Origin: Bacteroidota bacterium
GTDB lineage: Bacteria; Bacteroidota; Bacteroidia; B-17B0; Aurantibacillaceae
Assembly (NCBI GenBank): GCA_043719555.1
Contig: JAYSTR010000085.1
Span: 672 to 64,671, forward strand
Direction: 5' to 3'
DNA length: 64,000 bases
The notes beneath the pieces are model-generated. The model searched no databases. It had not been told where the DNA came from and was given only the letters and a program-made list of their open reading frames with translations. Shown piece after piece: positions 39,837 through 49,923 of the stretch. The position numbers were made by a program, and so were the translations under genes. Numbering within the stretch: position 1 is the first letter of the stretch; each line of letters begins with the position of its first letter.

Positions 39837-40181
39837 ATGGAAAGTGTACGTCAGAGTAAAGTAGCCAAATTATTACAAAAGGAATTAGCCGAAATTTTTA
39901 GAGCTAATGCTAAAACTATGTTTAATAACGGGTTTATTACGGTTACTGTTGTGCGTATAAGTTCCGATTTAAGTTCAGCCAAAGTGTACTTAAGTATTAT
40001 GGCAACACAGGATGTAGATGCTTTGTTTGCGTCTATTAAAGATCAAAAAGTACATATTCGTAAAATATTAGGTTTTGCTATTGGTAAGCAAGTACGTGTT
40101 ATTCCTGAGCTTTCTTTTTTTATTGATGATTCGTACGATTATGCCGAAAAAATTAATGAAATTTTAAATCGCCCTATTTAA
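39837..40181 (+). CDS. rbfA: Ribosome-binding factor A
   Basis: SVRQSKVAKLLQKELAEIF N-terminus and 114 aa. Confidence 0.85.
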   Translation: MESVRQSKVAKLLQKELAEIFRANAKTMFNNGFITVTVVRISSDLSSAKVYLSIMATQDVDALFASIKDQKVHIRKILGFAIGKQVRVIPELSFFIDDSYDYAEKINEILNRPI

Positions 40182-40182
40182 T

Positions 40183-41406
40183 TTGAATTTATCGTTATTT
40201 ATAGCAAAGCGATATTTGGTTTCTAAAAAATCAAACAATGCTATTAATATCATTTCGTGGATTAGCATAGTTGCTATTGCCATTACCACCGCCGCACTTA
40301 TTATTATTTTATCGGCTATGAATGGCTTAACGGCCGTGGTTCAGGATTTGTATCAGGCTATGGAACCCGAATTAAAAATTACGGCTCTTAATTCTAAATA
40401 CATTAAAAACACCGATGCTATTTTAAGTAAAATTAAAGCAACGCCAGGTATTAAAACCATTTCCTATTCTATTGAAGAAAATGCTCTTATCAAATTAGAG
40501 GATAAACAAGCCGTTATTACCGTTAAGGGAGTTGATGAGCAATTTAAAACCCTTACTCATTTTGATACTTTAGTAGAAGAGGGGAGTTATAAATTAAAAT
40601 ATAACGAGCAAAACTTTGGTGTGTTTGGTAAAGGCGTGGTTTATAAATTAGATATTAATATTAATGATTTTATAAGTCCAATTTCTATTTATGCCCCAAA
40701 GCGTGGTAAAACAGAAGGCATCAATCCTGAAGATGCCTTTAATAAATTAACGGTGAGTCCAGCAGGAGTATTTACGATTAATGATGATTTTGATTTTAAG
40801 TATGTGTTAGTTGATTTACTAGCAGCACAAAATTTATTTGATTGCCCTAATGAATTTACAACTATCGAATTAGGTTTAGTTGATGGAACTCAAGTTTTTG
40901 AAATTCAGGAAGTTTTGCAAAATACTTTAGGCGAAAATTACAGCATCAAAACGCGTTATCAAGCAAACGATGTCTTGTTTAAAACACTTGAAACCGAAAA
41001 ATTATGGACGTTTTTAATCCTTGCTTTTATTTTAATTATTGCCACCTTTAATATTATTGGAGCCTTAACAATGTTAATTATCGAAAAGAAAAAAGACATT
41101 AAAACACTTTATAGTATGGGTGCCGATAAGCGATTGGTACAACATATTTTTATGGTAGAGGGATTATTGATAACTGGAGTAGGGGCTATTGCCGGATTAA
41201 TTATTGGTTTTGCTATTTGTTTGGCTCAGCAAAAATTTCATTTTGTAACCTTTGATGAAAAATACGTGATTCCGTATTATCCAATTAAAATGATGGTGAA
41301 AGATTTTATTTGGATTATTACTTTGGTAATGGGAATAGGAACTATTGCCGCTATTTATCCAATTCGTGTTTTTACAAAAAACGATTTAATTAATTCGAAA
41401 GATTAA
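40183..41406 (+). CDS. FtsX-like ABC transporter permease (LolC/E-like)
   Basis: FIAKRYL N-terminus, a large periplasmic loop and the C-terminal FtsX 3-TM module. Confidence 0.75.
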   Translation: MNLSLFIAKRYLVSKKSNNAINIISWISIVAIAITTAALIIILSAMNGLTAVVQDLYQAMEPELKITALNSKYIKNTDAILSKIKATPGIKTISYSIEENALIKLEDKQAVITVKGVDEQFKTLTHFDTLVEEGSYKLKYNEQNFGVFGKGVVYKLDININDFISPISIYAPKRGKTEGINPEDAFNKLTVSPAGVFTINDDFDFKYVLVDLLAAQNLFDCPNEFTTIELGLVDGTQVFEIQEVLQNTLGENYSIKTRYQANDVLFKTLETEKLWTFLILAFILIIATFNIIGALTMLIIEKKKDIKTLYSMGADKRLVQHIFMVEGLLITGVGAIAGLIIGFAICLAQQKFHFVTFDEKYVIPYYPIKMMVKDFIWIITLVMGIGTIAAIYPIRVFTKNDLINSKD

Positions 41407-41410
41407 TTTT

Positions 41411-41511
41411 TAGAATAGAACGCTGATTTCGCAGATATTTATATGATTAAAGTGATTTTTGAGAATAGATCCTTTTTAATCTTAAGCAATCCTATTAATC
41501 TGCGTTCAATG
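41411..41511. repeat. Palindromic intergenic repeat element (Flavobacterium-type REP/MITE-like)
   Basis: gaacgctgatttcgcagat ... gattaaag ... ctttttaatc ... attaatctgcgttc. The outer inverted repeat is GAACGC(T/A)GATT, with inner complementary words. Confidence 0.45.
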
Positions 41512-41606
41512 TTTGTTATGCTAACTTTCTAAACACCGCAGGGTTTAAAACATTTTCACAAAAGTTATTTTGTAGTTGCCTGTTCCTATATATTTAATGC
41601 TTATAG

Positions 41607-44234
41607 ATGGCAACAACAAAAAACAAATTTCGCGAAAAACCGATTGAAGAGTCTGTAATTACAGAAACCTCAAATCCAAATAATGATATTGAAGAAAAAA
41701 TAACTTCCTCATCAAAAAATAAAACTAAATCAGCTAAACCTGATAAAAAAAGTGAAACCAAAGCAACTGAAAACGCTAATAAAATTAGTCTTTTACAACG
41801 TTGGAATAAAACTCTAGAGATTTATAATAATGAACGTACTCAAAAAATAATTGGGTTATTATTAATTTTAGCAGGAGTGTATCTATGCATCGCATTGGTT
41901 TCATATATTTTTACATGGGATAAAGATCAGGATAAAGTTCTGGGGCCTTTATCTGAATTATTTGCAATTGAAACCAAAGTTTACAATTGGTTAGGAAAGT
42001 TTGGAGCCTTAGTTTCGCATTTATTTATGTATAAATGGTTTGGTGTTTCGTCATTTATTTTAGTACCAGTGTTTGTTGTTTATGGCGTTCAAAAATTATT
42101 GATTAAACAAATTACTAAGCCATCATCGTTTAATGCTAAATGGTTATTTGTAATGGTGTGGGCTAGTTTAACTTTAGCATTCTTTTTTCACGATAAATTA
42201 TTTTATTTAGGTGGCGGTTATGGTTATGTATTAAATCAGCAAATTTCTAATTATGTTGGTAACATTGGCACGTTAGCCATATTAGCATTTACAATGTTGG
42301 GCTTTTTAGTGTTAAGTATCAACTTAAATTTTAATGTTAAAAAAGATGTAATTCCTAATTTAGATGATGAACACATTATTGAAAACGAATTAAATCCGAA
42401 TCAAAATACCATTAACCCAAATGCATCTACGGTTTATGATACAACTCAAGAACCTGTTTTAAGTAAAGACGAAGAAACGGAGTTACTAAATTTTGAAGTT
42501 ATATCAAGTAAAGATGAACCTTTAGCAGAAGCTGTTCCGCTTACTGATACTATTCCGTTAGATATTACACCCTCACCTGTTCAGGAAAATAAAGATTTAC
42601 AGTTTGAAATTAATAATCCATCGACCGATGAAATTATTACGGAACCGGCTTTTGTTAAAGAAGAACCAAAAGGTGATACCATTACTTTAGATGATGAATT
42701 AAAAGCTTCGCAATTAGTAGAGCGTTTTGGGCAATATGATCCAACGTTGGATTTAGGAGAATATAAATTTCCGAGTTCAGATTTATTAATTGATTATGGT
42801 ACAGGCAATGCCAAAGTAAGTAACGAAGAGTTAAATGCTAATAAAGATAGAATTGTTAGTACACTTAAAAATTACGGAATTGAAATTGATAAAATATCTG
42901 CAACGGTAGGGCCAACTGTTACCTTATATGAAATTGTTCCAGCAGCTGGTGTGCGTATTTCTAAAATTAAAAATTTAGAAGATGATATTGCTTTAAGTTT
43001 AGCTGCTCTTGGTATTCGCATTATTGCGCCTATTCCAGGTCGTGGAACCATTGGTATTGAAGTGCCAAACCAAACACCTGAAATTGTACCAATGCGAAAT
43101 ATTATTGCATCCGAAAAATTTCAGAACACCACACACGACTTACCAATCGCTTTAGGTAAATTAATTAATAACGAAATTTTTATTGCCGATTTAGCTAAGA
43201 TGCCCCATTTATTAATGGCAGGAGCTACAGGTCAAGGGAAATCAGTTGGTTTAAATGCCGTGTTGGTTTCCTTATTATATAAAAAGCATCCAGCACAAAT
43301 TAAATTTGTGTTAGTTGATCCTAAAAAAGTAGAGTTAACACTATTCAATAAAATTGAGCGTCATTTTTTAGCTAAACTTCCAAACTCCGAAGATGCTATT
43401 ATTACTGATAACACTAAGGTTGTACATACTTTAAATAGTTTGTGTATAGAAATGGATAACCGTTATGCGTTATTACAAGATGCGCAAGTGCGAAACATTA
43501 AAGAGTATAATATTAAGTTTATCAATCGTAAATTAAACCCGAACGAAGGTCATAAATATTTACCATACATTGTTTTGGTTGTGGATGAGTTTGCCGATTT
43601 AATTATGACAGCCGGCAAAGAAGTAGAAACACCGATTGCTCGTTTAGCACAGTTAGCACGAGCTATTGGTATCCATTTAATTATTGCTACACAGCGTCCA
43701 TCGGTTAATATTATTACAGGAACAATTAAAGCCAATTTCCCGGCGCGTATTGCTTTCCGTGTTACAAGTAAAATTGATAGCCGTACTATTTTAGATTCGG
43801 GTGGGGCAGAGCAGTTAATAGGACGAGGAGATATGTTGTTAAGTACGGGTAATGATTTAATACGTATACAATGTGCTTTTGTTGATACACCTGAAGCAGA
43901 AAAAATAACAGAATTTATTGGTTCGCAACGTGCTTATCCATCAGCCTTTTTATTACCCGAATATGTAGGCGAAGATGGATCGAGTGGAAAAGAGGAAGTT
44001 GATTTAAGTGAGCGTGATAAAATGTTTGACGAAGCTGCAAAATTAGTGGTGCAATTTCAACAAGGTTCCGCTTCGTTTTTACAACGTAAATTAAAATTAG
44101 GTTATAACCGTGCAGGTCGTATTGTTGATCAGTTAGAAGCCGCTGGAATTATTGGCCCATTTGAAGGTTCTAAAGCCCGTGAAGTACGTTGCAAAACAAT
44201 GGAAGATTTGCATGAGATATTAAATAGATTGTAA
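41607..44234 (+). CDS. ftsK: DNA translocase FtsK/SpoIIIE
   Basis: N-terminal TM segments, a low-complexity linker, Walker A GATGQGKS, Walker B VVDEFADL and a C-terminal gamma wHTH domain (LQRKLKLGYNRAGRIVDQLE). Confidence 0.95.
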   Translation: MATTKNKFREKPIEESVITETSNPNNDIEEKITSSSKNKTKSAKPDKKSETKATENANKISLLQRWNKTLEIYNNERTQKIIGLLLILAGVYLCIALVSYIFTWDKDQDKVLGPLSELFAIETKVYNWLGKFGALVSHLFMYKWFGVSSFILVPVFVVYGVQKLLIKQITKPSSFNAKWLFVMVWASLTLAFFFHDKLFYLGGGYGYVLNQQISNYVGNIGTLAILAFTMLGFLVLSINLNFNVKKDVIPNLDDEHIIENELNPNQNTINPNASTVYDTTQEPVLSKDEETELLNFEVISSKDEPLAEAVPLTDTIPLDITPSPVQENKDLQFEINNPSTDEIITEPAFVKEEPKGDTITLDDELKASQLVERFGQYDPTLDLGEYKFPSSDLLIDYGTGNAKVSNEELNANKDRIVSTLKNYGIEIDKISATVGPTVTLYEIVPAAGVRISKIKNLEDDIALSLAALGIRIIAPIPGRGTIGIEVPNQTPEIVPMRNIIASEKFQNTTHDLPIALGKLINNEIFIADLAKMPHLLMAGATGQGKSVGLNAVLVSLLYKKHPAQIKFVLVDPKKVELTLFNKIERHFLAKLPNSEDAIITDNTKVVHTLNSLCIEMDNRYALLQDAQVRNIKEYNIKFINRKLNPNEGHKYLPYIVLVVDEFADLIMTAGKEVETPIARLAQLARAIGIHLIIATQRPSVNIITGTIKANFPARIAFRVTSKIDSRTILDSGGAEQLIGRGDMLLSTGNDLIRIQCAFVDTPEAEKITEFIGSQRAYPSAFLLPEYVGEDGSSGKEEVDLSERDKMFDEAAKLVVQFQQGSASFLQRKLKLGYNRAGRIVDQLEAAGIIGPFEGSKAREVRCKTMEDLHEILNRL

Positions 44235-44242
44235 TAGATAAA

Positions 44243-44983
44243 ATGAAATTTTTATTATATATTTTATTGGTGTTTTTTAGTTCGAAGTTAATTTCACAAG
44301 ATGAATTTATTGAGCGTTATGATAATAAAATAACTGATTTTAGTTTAAAAATTAAAACGGTTACAAAAGATACACTAACTTATAAATCATTTGGCAAACT
44401 AAAAAAAATAGCGACCAAAGATATTTATTGTTATCGATACAAAGGAGACTATTGGCTTTATCCGGATTCGTTTTACAATAAATATGGTAGAGTTACCAAT
44501 GGACATTTAGAATTAACATACAGGCGACCCGAAGTAATTTTAAGAAAATTTTATTTTGGAAAAGATGTGAAGAAAATTAAAAAACTACCCGATTATAAAG
44601 TCGTGTTTCATTTAGATTCTAATAAAACTAAAACCTTAAAAGATTATAGGCAAATTACGTTTAGTGTGATTGGAGATAGTTTACATGGAGTTTTTATCTG
44701 TAATTTATATAAAATTATGTTGGATACATTAGTGATAAAAGCAGAATATGGTTACGACGGAAAAACAAAATATTGGAAAATTCCCTTTAATAAAATAAGT
44801 TACATTTTTTTTCAGACAGATGCGCAAAAAGCCCTGAAAATAACATCAGGTATAATTTTTGGTGCCTTAAGCATGGGTATTCATGCTCCTGGTATAATTC
44901 CATCTATAAATATTAACAACAAAATGGATATGAACTCATCCAAAAATTATGAGTTTATAAAGCGCGAAAAAATTGATTGGTAA
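44243..44983 (+). CDS. Hypothetical secreted/membrane-anchored protein
   Basis: Signal peptide plus a C-terminal hydrophobic segment (ITSGIIFGALSMGIHAPGII). I recognise no family. Confidence 0.5.
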   Translation: MKFLLYILLVFFSSKLISQDEFIERYDNKITDFSLKIKTVTKDTLTYKSFGKLKKIATKDIYCYRYKGDYWLYPDSFYNKYGRVTNGHLELTYRRPEVILRKFYFGKDVKKIKKLPDYKVVFHLDSNKTKTLKDYRQITFSVIGDSLHGVFICNLYKIMLDTLVIKAEYGYDGKTKYWKIPFNKISYIFFQTDAQKALKITSGIIFGALSMGIHAPGIIPSININNKMDMNSSKNYEFIKREKIDW

Positions 44984-46297
44984 TTAATGAAATTTCTTTT
45001 TTGCTAGTGGAATTAAGCAAATAAAACCTAAAATAAAAAAAGCAATCAGTGCTAAAATTGATGGTCTCATACCGCCCATTATTTGACTAATAATACCAAA
45101 TGATACTGTTCCTAATATCATTCCTAGTTTTTCCATTACATCGTAAAAGCTAAAAAAGCTAGCACTATCATCAGTTTCTGGTAAAAATTTACTGTAAGTA
45201 CTGCGCGATAAAGCTTGTATACCGCCCATTACCAATCCAACTAAAAAGGCAACGATGTAAAAATGAGCAGGAGTTTTTACAATCAGATAGGTAAAGCAAC
45301 AAATGAAAATCCAAATTAAAATAGATACCATTAAGGATTTAATATTTCCAATAATGGTAGATAATTTTGAAAATAAAAAAGAACCGGCTATACCAACAAA
45401 TTGTATAATTAAAATACTTACAATTAACGACGTAGTTTTCGCTTTTTCGTTTTCCCAAGCTATTTCGTTACGAGCAAATAACACAGCTACAACCATAATG
45501 GTTTGCACACCCATATTATAAAAAAAGTAACCTGATAAAAATTGCTTTAAATCGCCCATCGTTTTTATTTGACCAAACACATTTTTTAATTCTATAAATC
45601 CTTTAGAGAACAATCCTTTTTCTTTTGCCCCTGTGTGCTCATCGTGGTTTTTATTTGGTAAACGTTTAAACGTAATTTGTGCAAAACCCATCCACCAAAA
45701 ACCAACTAATAAAAATGAATAGCGAGTATATTCCTTCCCGATTCCCATAATTATAGCTAAGCAAATAATTAATAATAATGAGCTACCAAAATAGCCTAAA
45801 GCAAAGCCTCGCGCACTTACCTTATCTTGGTTTTCCTCTGAAGCAATTTCGGGTAAATAGGAATTGTAATATACCAAACTGCCCCAAAAACCAATAGTTG
45901 CGGTAATAAATGGAATAAAACTTAACTCTAAATGATTTTTTGAAAAGAAAAATAATCCCATACAAGAAATAGAGCCTAAGTAGCAAAAAAATTGAAGGAA
46001 ACGTTTTTTGTTTCCTAAAAAGTCAGCAATACCACTTAATACAGGCGATATTAGTACTACGATAGATAAAGCAAACGCATACACAAATGAATAGATGTTT
46101 TGATTCTCGAATTGCATTCCCATAAATGTTACGGTATGGCTAATAATTTCGCCAGCTTCGTTTTTAGTAGCAGTAACTGCATCATAAAAATTGGGAAAAA
46201 TTGCAGATGTAATAACCAAAGGAAAAACAGAGTTGGCCCAATCATAAAACGTCCAAGCTTTAATTAATTGTGCGTTATCTTTTTCAATTAAATTCAT
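44984..46297 (-). CDS. MFS transporter (UMF1/Atg22-like family)
   Basis: 12 predicted TM helices and an N-terminal AWTFYDWANSVF motif typical of UMF1. Confidence 0.75.
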   Translation of the reverse strand: MNLIEKDNAQLIKAWTFYDWANSVFPLVITSAIFPNFYDAVTATKNEAGEIISHTVTFMGMQFENQNIYSFVYAFALSIVVLISPVLSGIADFLGNKKRFLQFFCYLGSISCMGLFFFSKNHLELSFIPFITATIGFWGSLVYYNSYLPEIASEENQDKVSARGFALGYFGSSLLLIICLAIIMGIGKEYTRYSFLLVGFWWMGFAQITFKRLPNKNHDEHTGAKEKGLFSKGFIELKNVFGQIKTMGDLKQFLSGYFFYNMGVQTIMVVAVLFARNEIAWENEKAKTTSLIVSILIIQFVGIAGSFLFSKLSTIIGNIKSLMVSILIWIFICCFTYLIVKTPAHFYIVAFLVGLVMGGIQALSRSTYSKFLPETDDSASFFSFYDVMEKLGMILGTVSFGIISQIMGGMRPSILALIAFFILGFICLIPLAKKKFH

Positions 46298-46317
46298 TTC
46301 TACTGTTATATTTATGG

Positions 46318-47406
46318 TTAATTAGCTTTTATAATCTCAAATTCTACACGTCGGTTTTTTTGTTTACCGTCCTCGGTTTCATTACTAGCAATAGGAAATT
46401 TATCGCCAAATCCTTTAAAATACATTTTATTTTGAACACCTTTTTTAATAAGGTATTCAAATACCTCACGGGAGCGTTGCTCAGATAATTTTTGATTTTT
46501 ATGTTTTGTACCTTGGTTGTCAGAATGCCCATTTATTTGTACCTCCATGTGTGGATTACGCATTAAATATTGAGCTAGTTTATTTAATTCTGCATAAGAT
46601 TCTGGTAATAAATAATAGCGTGCATTTTCGAAGAAAATATTTTTTAAAGCAATTTTTTCACCAACTTTTACGTCACGTTTAACTTCTAAAACAGAGTCTT
46701 CTTCATTTACCGAAAAGGAACCAACAATTTCAACTTTTACTTTTTCAACGGGTTCTTTAAATTTAATAAGTGATACATCATCGATAAAATAATAGGCTTC
46801 CTTAAATCCAAACTTAAATTTATTAAGCCTAACCATATCCTTAGATACTTTAGGATGAAAATTACCAATGGTTAAATATTTTTCGCCTCCATCAGCTAAA
46901 TATTTCCCCGATACTTTAAACCATTTATAACCATTTATAAAACTACTTCCTTTTTTACTAATGGTATCTATTAGTGCTGTTTTAACAACATCGCCCTGAC
47001 TTTTATAACCAAGTTTAGTAAATAATGCGCCAAACGATTTTAAACTCACATTACTCCAATAAGCAAATCTTACATACATTTCAAAATCGTAGGTTGTTCC
47101 TCTATGTAATTGTTCTGCAAATTTAACCTGAACAAATTCCTTATATTTTTTTTGGTAACGTAATCCGGCGTAGCAAGTACCGGTTCTTCCGCCTTTTTCT
47201 TTAGTTGTATCATTACTTAAAGTTTCTTGATAGTAATCTACACTGGCAATTTGAGTCCAGGGAATAGCATTTTTAATATTTCCCGATTTTTTACGATAAT
47301 TTTCAAAGCTTCCATTAGGTACAATATTTTTTTGAATTTCAACTGGTTCTTGGGCAAAACAAGCATTTGAAACTAAAATAAGTATATAAGTGGCTAAAAA
47401 TCGCAT
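46318..47406 (-). CDS. OmpA-family peptidoglycan-binding protein with N-terminal carbohydrate-binding-like domain
   Basis: The C-terminal OmpA domain has NIFFENARYYL...INGHSDNQG...LSEQRSREV...NRRVEFEI. I chose the start at the ATG at 47406 (MRFLATYILILVSNACFAQ signal peptide) rather than the ORF-track start at 47466. Confidence 0.8.
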   Translation of the reverse strand: MRFLATYILILVSNACFAQEPVEIQKNIVPNGSFENYRKKSGNIKNAIPWTQIASVDYYQETLSNDTTKEKGGRTGTCYAGLRYQKKYKEFVQVKFAEQLHRGTTYDFEMYVRFAYWSNVSLKSFGALFTKLGYKSQGDVVKTALIDTISKKGSSFINGYKWFKVSGKYLADGGEKYLTIGNFHPKVSKDMVRLNKFKFGFKEAYYFIDDVSLIKFKEPVEKVKVEIVGSFSVNEEDSVLEVKRDVKVGEKIALKNIFFENARYYLLPESYAELNKLAQYLMRNPHMEVQINGHSDNQGTKHKNQKLSEQRSREVFEYLIKKGVQNKMYFKGFGDKFPIASNETEDGKQKNRRVEFEIIKAN

Positions 47407-47465
47407 AATATTGTAAGCAACAAAATTAAATTTTAACATTAAAACACAAATATTTGTTATGAACA

Positions 47466-47495
47466 TTTGTTATAATAAAAAAAAGCGTATATTTG
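47466..47495 (+). promoter_or_regulatory. Bacteroidota-type promoter for rpsT
   Basis: TTTG (47466-47469) and TATATTTG (47488-47495) with an 18-nt spacer, about 36 nt upstream of the ATG. Confidence 0.5.
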
Positions 47496-47531
47496 CAATC
47501 CAAATTCAAAACAGATTAAAATTAAAATAGA

Positions 47532-47789
47532 ATGGCAAATCATAAGTCGGCAATAAAAAGAATTAGATCAAATGACGCAAAACGTTTATCAAATCGTTAC
47601 TATGCGAAAACTACTCGTAATGCAGTAAAAAAATTACGCACTACAGATAGTAAAACAGAAGCAACAGCTTTATTACCAAAGGTAGTGGCAATGTTAGATA
47701 AATTAGCAAAGAAAAATGTTATTCATAAAAACAAAGCTTCTAACTTAAAATCTAAATTAGCTAAGAAGGTTTACGCATTAGCAAAATAG
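47532..47789 (+). CDS. rpsT: 30S ribosomal protein S20
   Basis: [13 protein letters not shown]-terminus; 85 aa and basic. Confidence 0.95.
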   Translation: MANHKSAIKRIRSNDAKRLSNRYYAKTTRNAVKKLRTTDSKTEATALLPKVVAMLDKLAKKNVIHKNKASNLKSKLAKKVYALAK

Positions 47790-47808
47790 TAAATTTGTAT
47801 TTATTTTG

Positions 47809-47838
47809 AAAAATCTCACATAATTGTGAGATTTTTTT
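47809..47838 (+). terminator. Terminator after rpsT
   Basis: aaaaatctcaca / tgtgagattttt hairpin. Confidence 0.7.
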
Positions 47839-47919
47839 ATTTTATCTCATTTATTATTATGCTTTAACTAATATTTTTATAATTTTGTCGAACAATAATT
47901 AAACTTTTCAAAAACAGAT

Positions 47920-49659
47920 ATGACTACTAACACTTTAAAAAATTTAACATTAGCAGTAGGTGCTTCAGCTATTTTAGTTGGATGTAACGGACTTGGTAAA
48001 ATGATTAAAAAAGAAAAAACTATTACTTATGATGTAAAACCAAATCCTTTAGAGATGCACGGTGACAGTATAAGATTTACAATTTCTGGAAAATACCCTG
48101 CAAAAGTGTTTGCTAAAAAAGCAACAGTTACTGCAACTCCAGTTATTAAATATAACGGTGGTGAAAAATCATTAAAACCAGTTGTTTTAGTTGGTGATAA
48201 AGCTACAGGTAGTGGTCAAAAAATAAGTTATGATAAAGGTGGTTCTTTTAACTATACATCTGAGCCAGTTGCTTATGATGCTGCCATGAAAGTTGCTACA
48301 TTAGAGTTAAAAGCTCAAGGTGCAGTAAAAAGCAAAACTAAAGATTTTACGCCAGTAAAATTAGCAGATGGAACTGTTGTTACGCCTTTGTTAGTTCGTA
48401 ATGATGAAAAAGCAATTTATGCTAAAGATGCATTTGTAAAAACACAGCCAGCTAATCAAACAGCAAATATTTATTATTTAGTAAATAAATCCGACGTTCG
48501 TTCTTCTGAATTAAAAACTGACGAAGTAAAAAACGTAAACGATTTTATTATTAAAAATGCCTCTAATCCTTGGTATGAATTTAAAGATATTAGCGTATCG
48601 GCTTATGCATCACCAGATGGAGAAATGAGCCTAAACGAAAATTTAGCTAAAGATCGTGCAAAGTCTGGTTCTAAAGCTATTATGACTGAGTTCCGTAAAA
48701 ATAAAGATAAGTCTTTATCTTTTGGTAAGGAAGAAGCATCTTATAAAACTCAAACAACAGCTGAAGACTGGGATGGTTTCAAATCTTTAATGGAGGCATC
48801 TTCTATTGCTGACAAAGATTTAATTTTACGTGTATTAACTATGTATACCGATGGTGAGCAACGTGAAAAAGAAATAAAAAATTTATCAAAAACTTACACT
48901 GAAGTTTCTGAGAAAATTTTACCAAAATTACGTCGTTCAGTAATTACTTTAAACGTAGATAAAAAATCTCGTACTGATGAGCAAATTACAAAATTATCTA
49001 CTTCTGCACCTGATAGTTTATCTGTTGAAGAGATGTTGTATGCTGCTACATTATCTAATGATGTAAATAGTAAAGTTGCTATTTATCAAGCAGCAGAGCG
49101 TAAATACGCTAGCGATTGGAGAACTTCAAATAACTTAGGCGCAGCATTATTAACTCAAAACAAAGTAACTGAAGCATCTGATGCATTTAACCGAGCTGAG
49201 AAAACAGCGAATGGTAATACAATTGTTATGAATAACTTAGGTATTATTGCTTCTAAAGCAGGCGACCGTAAAAAAGCTATGGAATTATATGACAAAGCTA
49301 GCGGTGCAGGAAAAGAAGTATCTTATAACAAAGGTATTTTAAGTGTACGTAATGGTCAGTATGGCGAAGCGGTTGGAAACTTTGGTGAATACAAAGGATT
49401 TAACAAAGCATTAGCTGAATTATTAAGTGGTAATACAGGTGCAGTTGCATCTACAATTAGCGATAGCAATGAAAAAGATATGGCTTTATCATTTTATTTA
49501 AAAGCTGTTGCTGCTGCTCGTGCTAGTAATACTGCTGATGTTATTACTAATTTAAAATCTGCAATTGAAAAAGACGGTTCATTAAAAGCTATGGCTAAAG
49601 ATGACGCTGAATTTATTAAATTACGTGAGAATGCTGATTTCAAAGCAATCGCTAACTAA
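47920..49659 (+). CDS. Lipoprotein with OmpA-like segment and C-terminal TPR-like repeats
   Basis: Lipobox ILVGC, an OmpA-like stretch (SAYASPDGEMSLNENLAKDRA) and TPR-like helices (NNLGAALLTQNKVTEASDAFNRA...). Confidence 0.55.
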   Translation: MTTNTLKNLTLAVGASAILVGCNGLGKMIKKEKTITYDVKPNPLEMHGDSIRFTISGKYPAKVFAKKATVTATPVIKYNGGEKSLKPVVLVGDKATGSGQKISYDKGGSFNYTSEPVAYDAAMKVATLELKAQGAVKSKTKDFTPVKLADGTVVTPLLVRNDEKAIYAKDAFVKTQPANQTANIYYLVNKSDVRSSELKTDEVKNVNDFIIKNASNPWYEFKDISVSAYASPDGEMSLNENLAKDRAKSGSKAIMTEFRKNKDKSLSFGKEEASYKTQTTAEDWDGFKSLMEASSIADKDLILRVLTMYTDGEQREKEIKNLSKTYTEVSEKILPKLRRSVITLNVDKKSRTDEQITKLSTSAPDSLSVEEMLYAATLSNDVNSKVAIYQAAERKYASDWRTSNNLGAALLTQNKVTEASDAFNRAEKTANGNTIVMNNLGIIASKAGDRKKAMELYDKASGAGKEVSYNKGILSVRNGQYGEAVGNFGEYKGFNKALAELLSGNTGAVASTISDSNEKDMALSFYLKAVAAARASNTADVITNLKSAIEKDGSLKAMAKDDAEFIKLRENADFKAIAN

Positions 49660-49680
49660 TTAGTAAAATAATATTTCTAT

Positions 49681-49717
49681 AAAAAAAACTCTCTGAAAAT
49701 TCAGAGAGTTTTTTTTT
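49681..49717 (+). terminator. Terminator after the TPR lipoprotein gene
   Basis: aactctctgaa / ttcagagagtt hairpin flanked by A and T runs. Confidence 0.7.
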
Positions 49718-49867
49718 GAGTAAAATTTGGTGAAATTTTACTTTGATTATATTACTTTTTAATTCGCTCAATACTATGATTATAGAACAATGAGTTGAAA
49801 TTTACTTAGTGTGATAAGCCATATTAAGAATGGGTTTTTAGAACGGAATCATATTTAGGTGAAAAAT

Positions 49868-49900
49868 AAAGAAGCCATCAATTATATTGATGGCTTCTTT
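49868..49900 (-). terminator. Terminator after mdh
   Basis: aaagaagccatca / tgatggcttcttt hairpin 24 nt beyond the mdh stop. Confidence 0.65.
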
Positions 49901-49923
49901 ATTAAAAATATAGTTTATAAAAA

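Noticed and set aside
49718-49760. Second hairpin (gtaaaattt-ggtg-aaattttac) after the TPR-lipoprotein terminator, a possible small RNA.
   Set aside because: It is a short AT-only stem in a convergent intergenic region, with no promoter-like box that I could pair with it. It cannot be distinguished from chance or auxiliary terminator structure.
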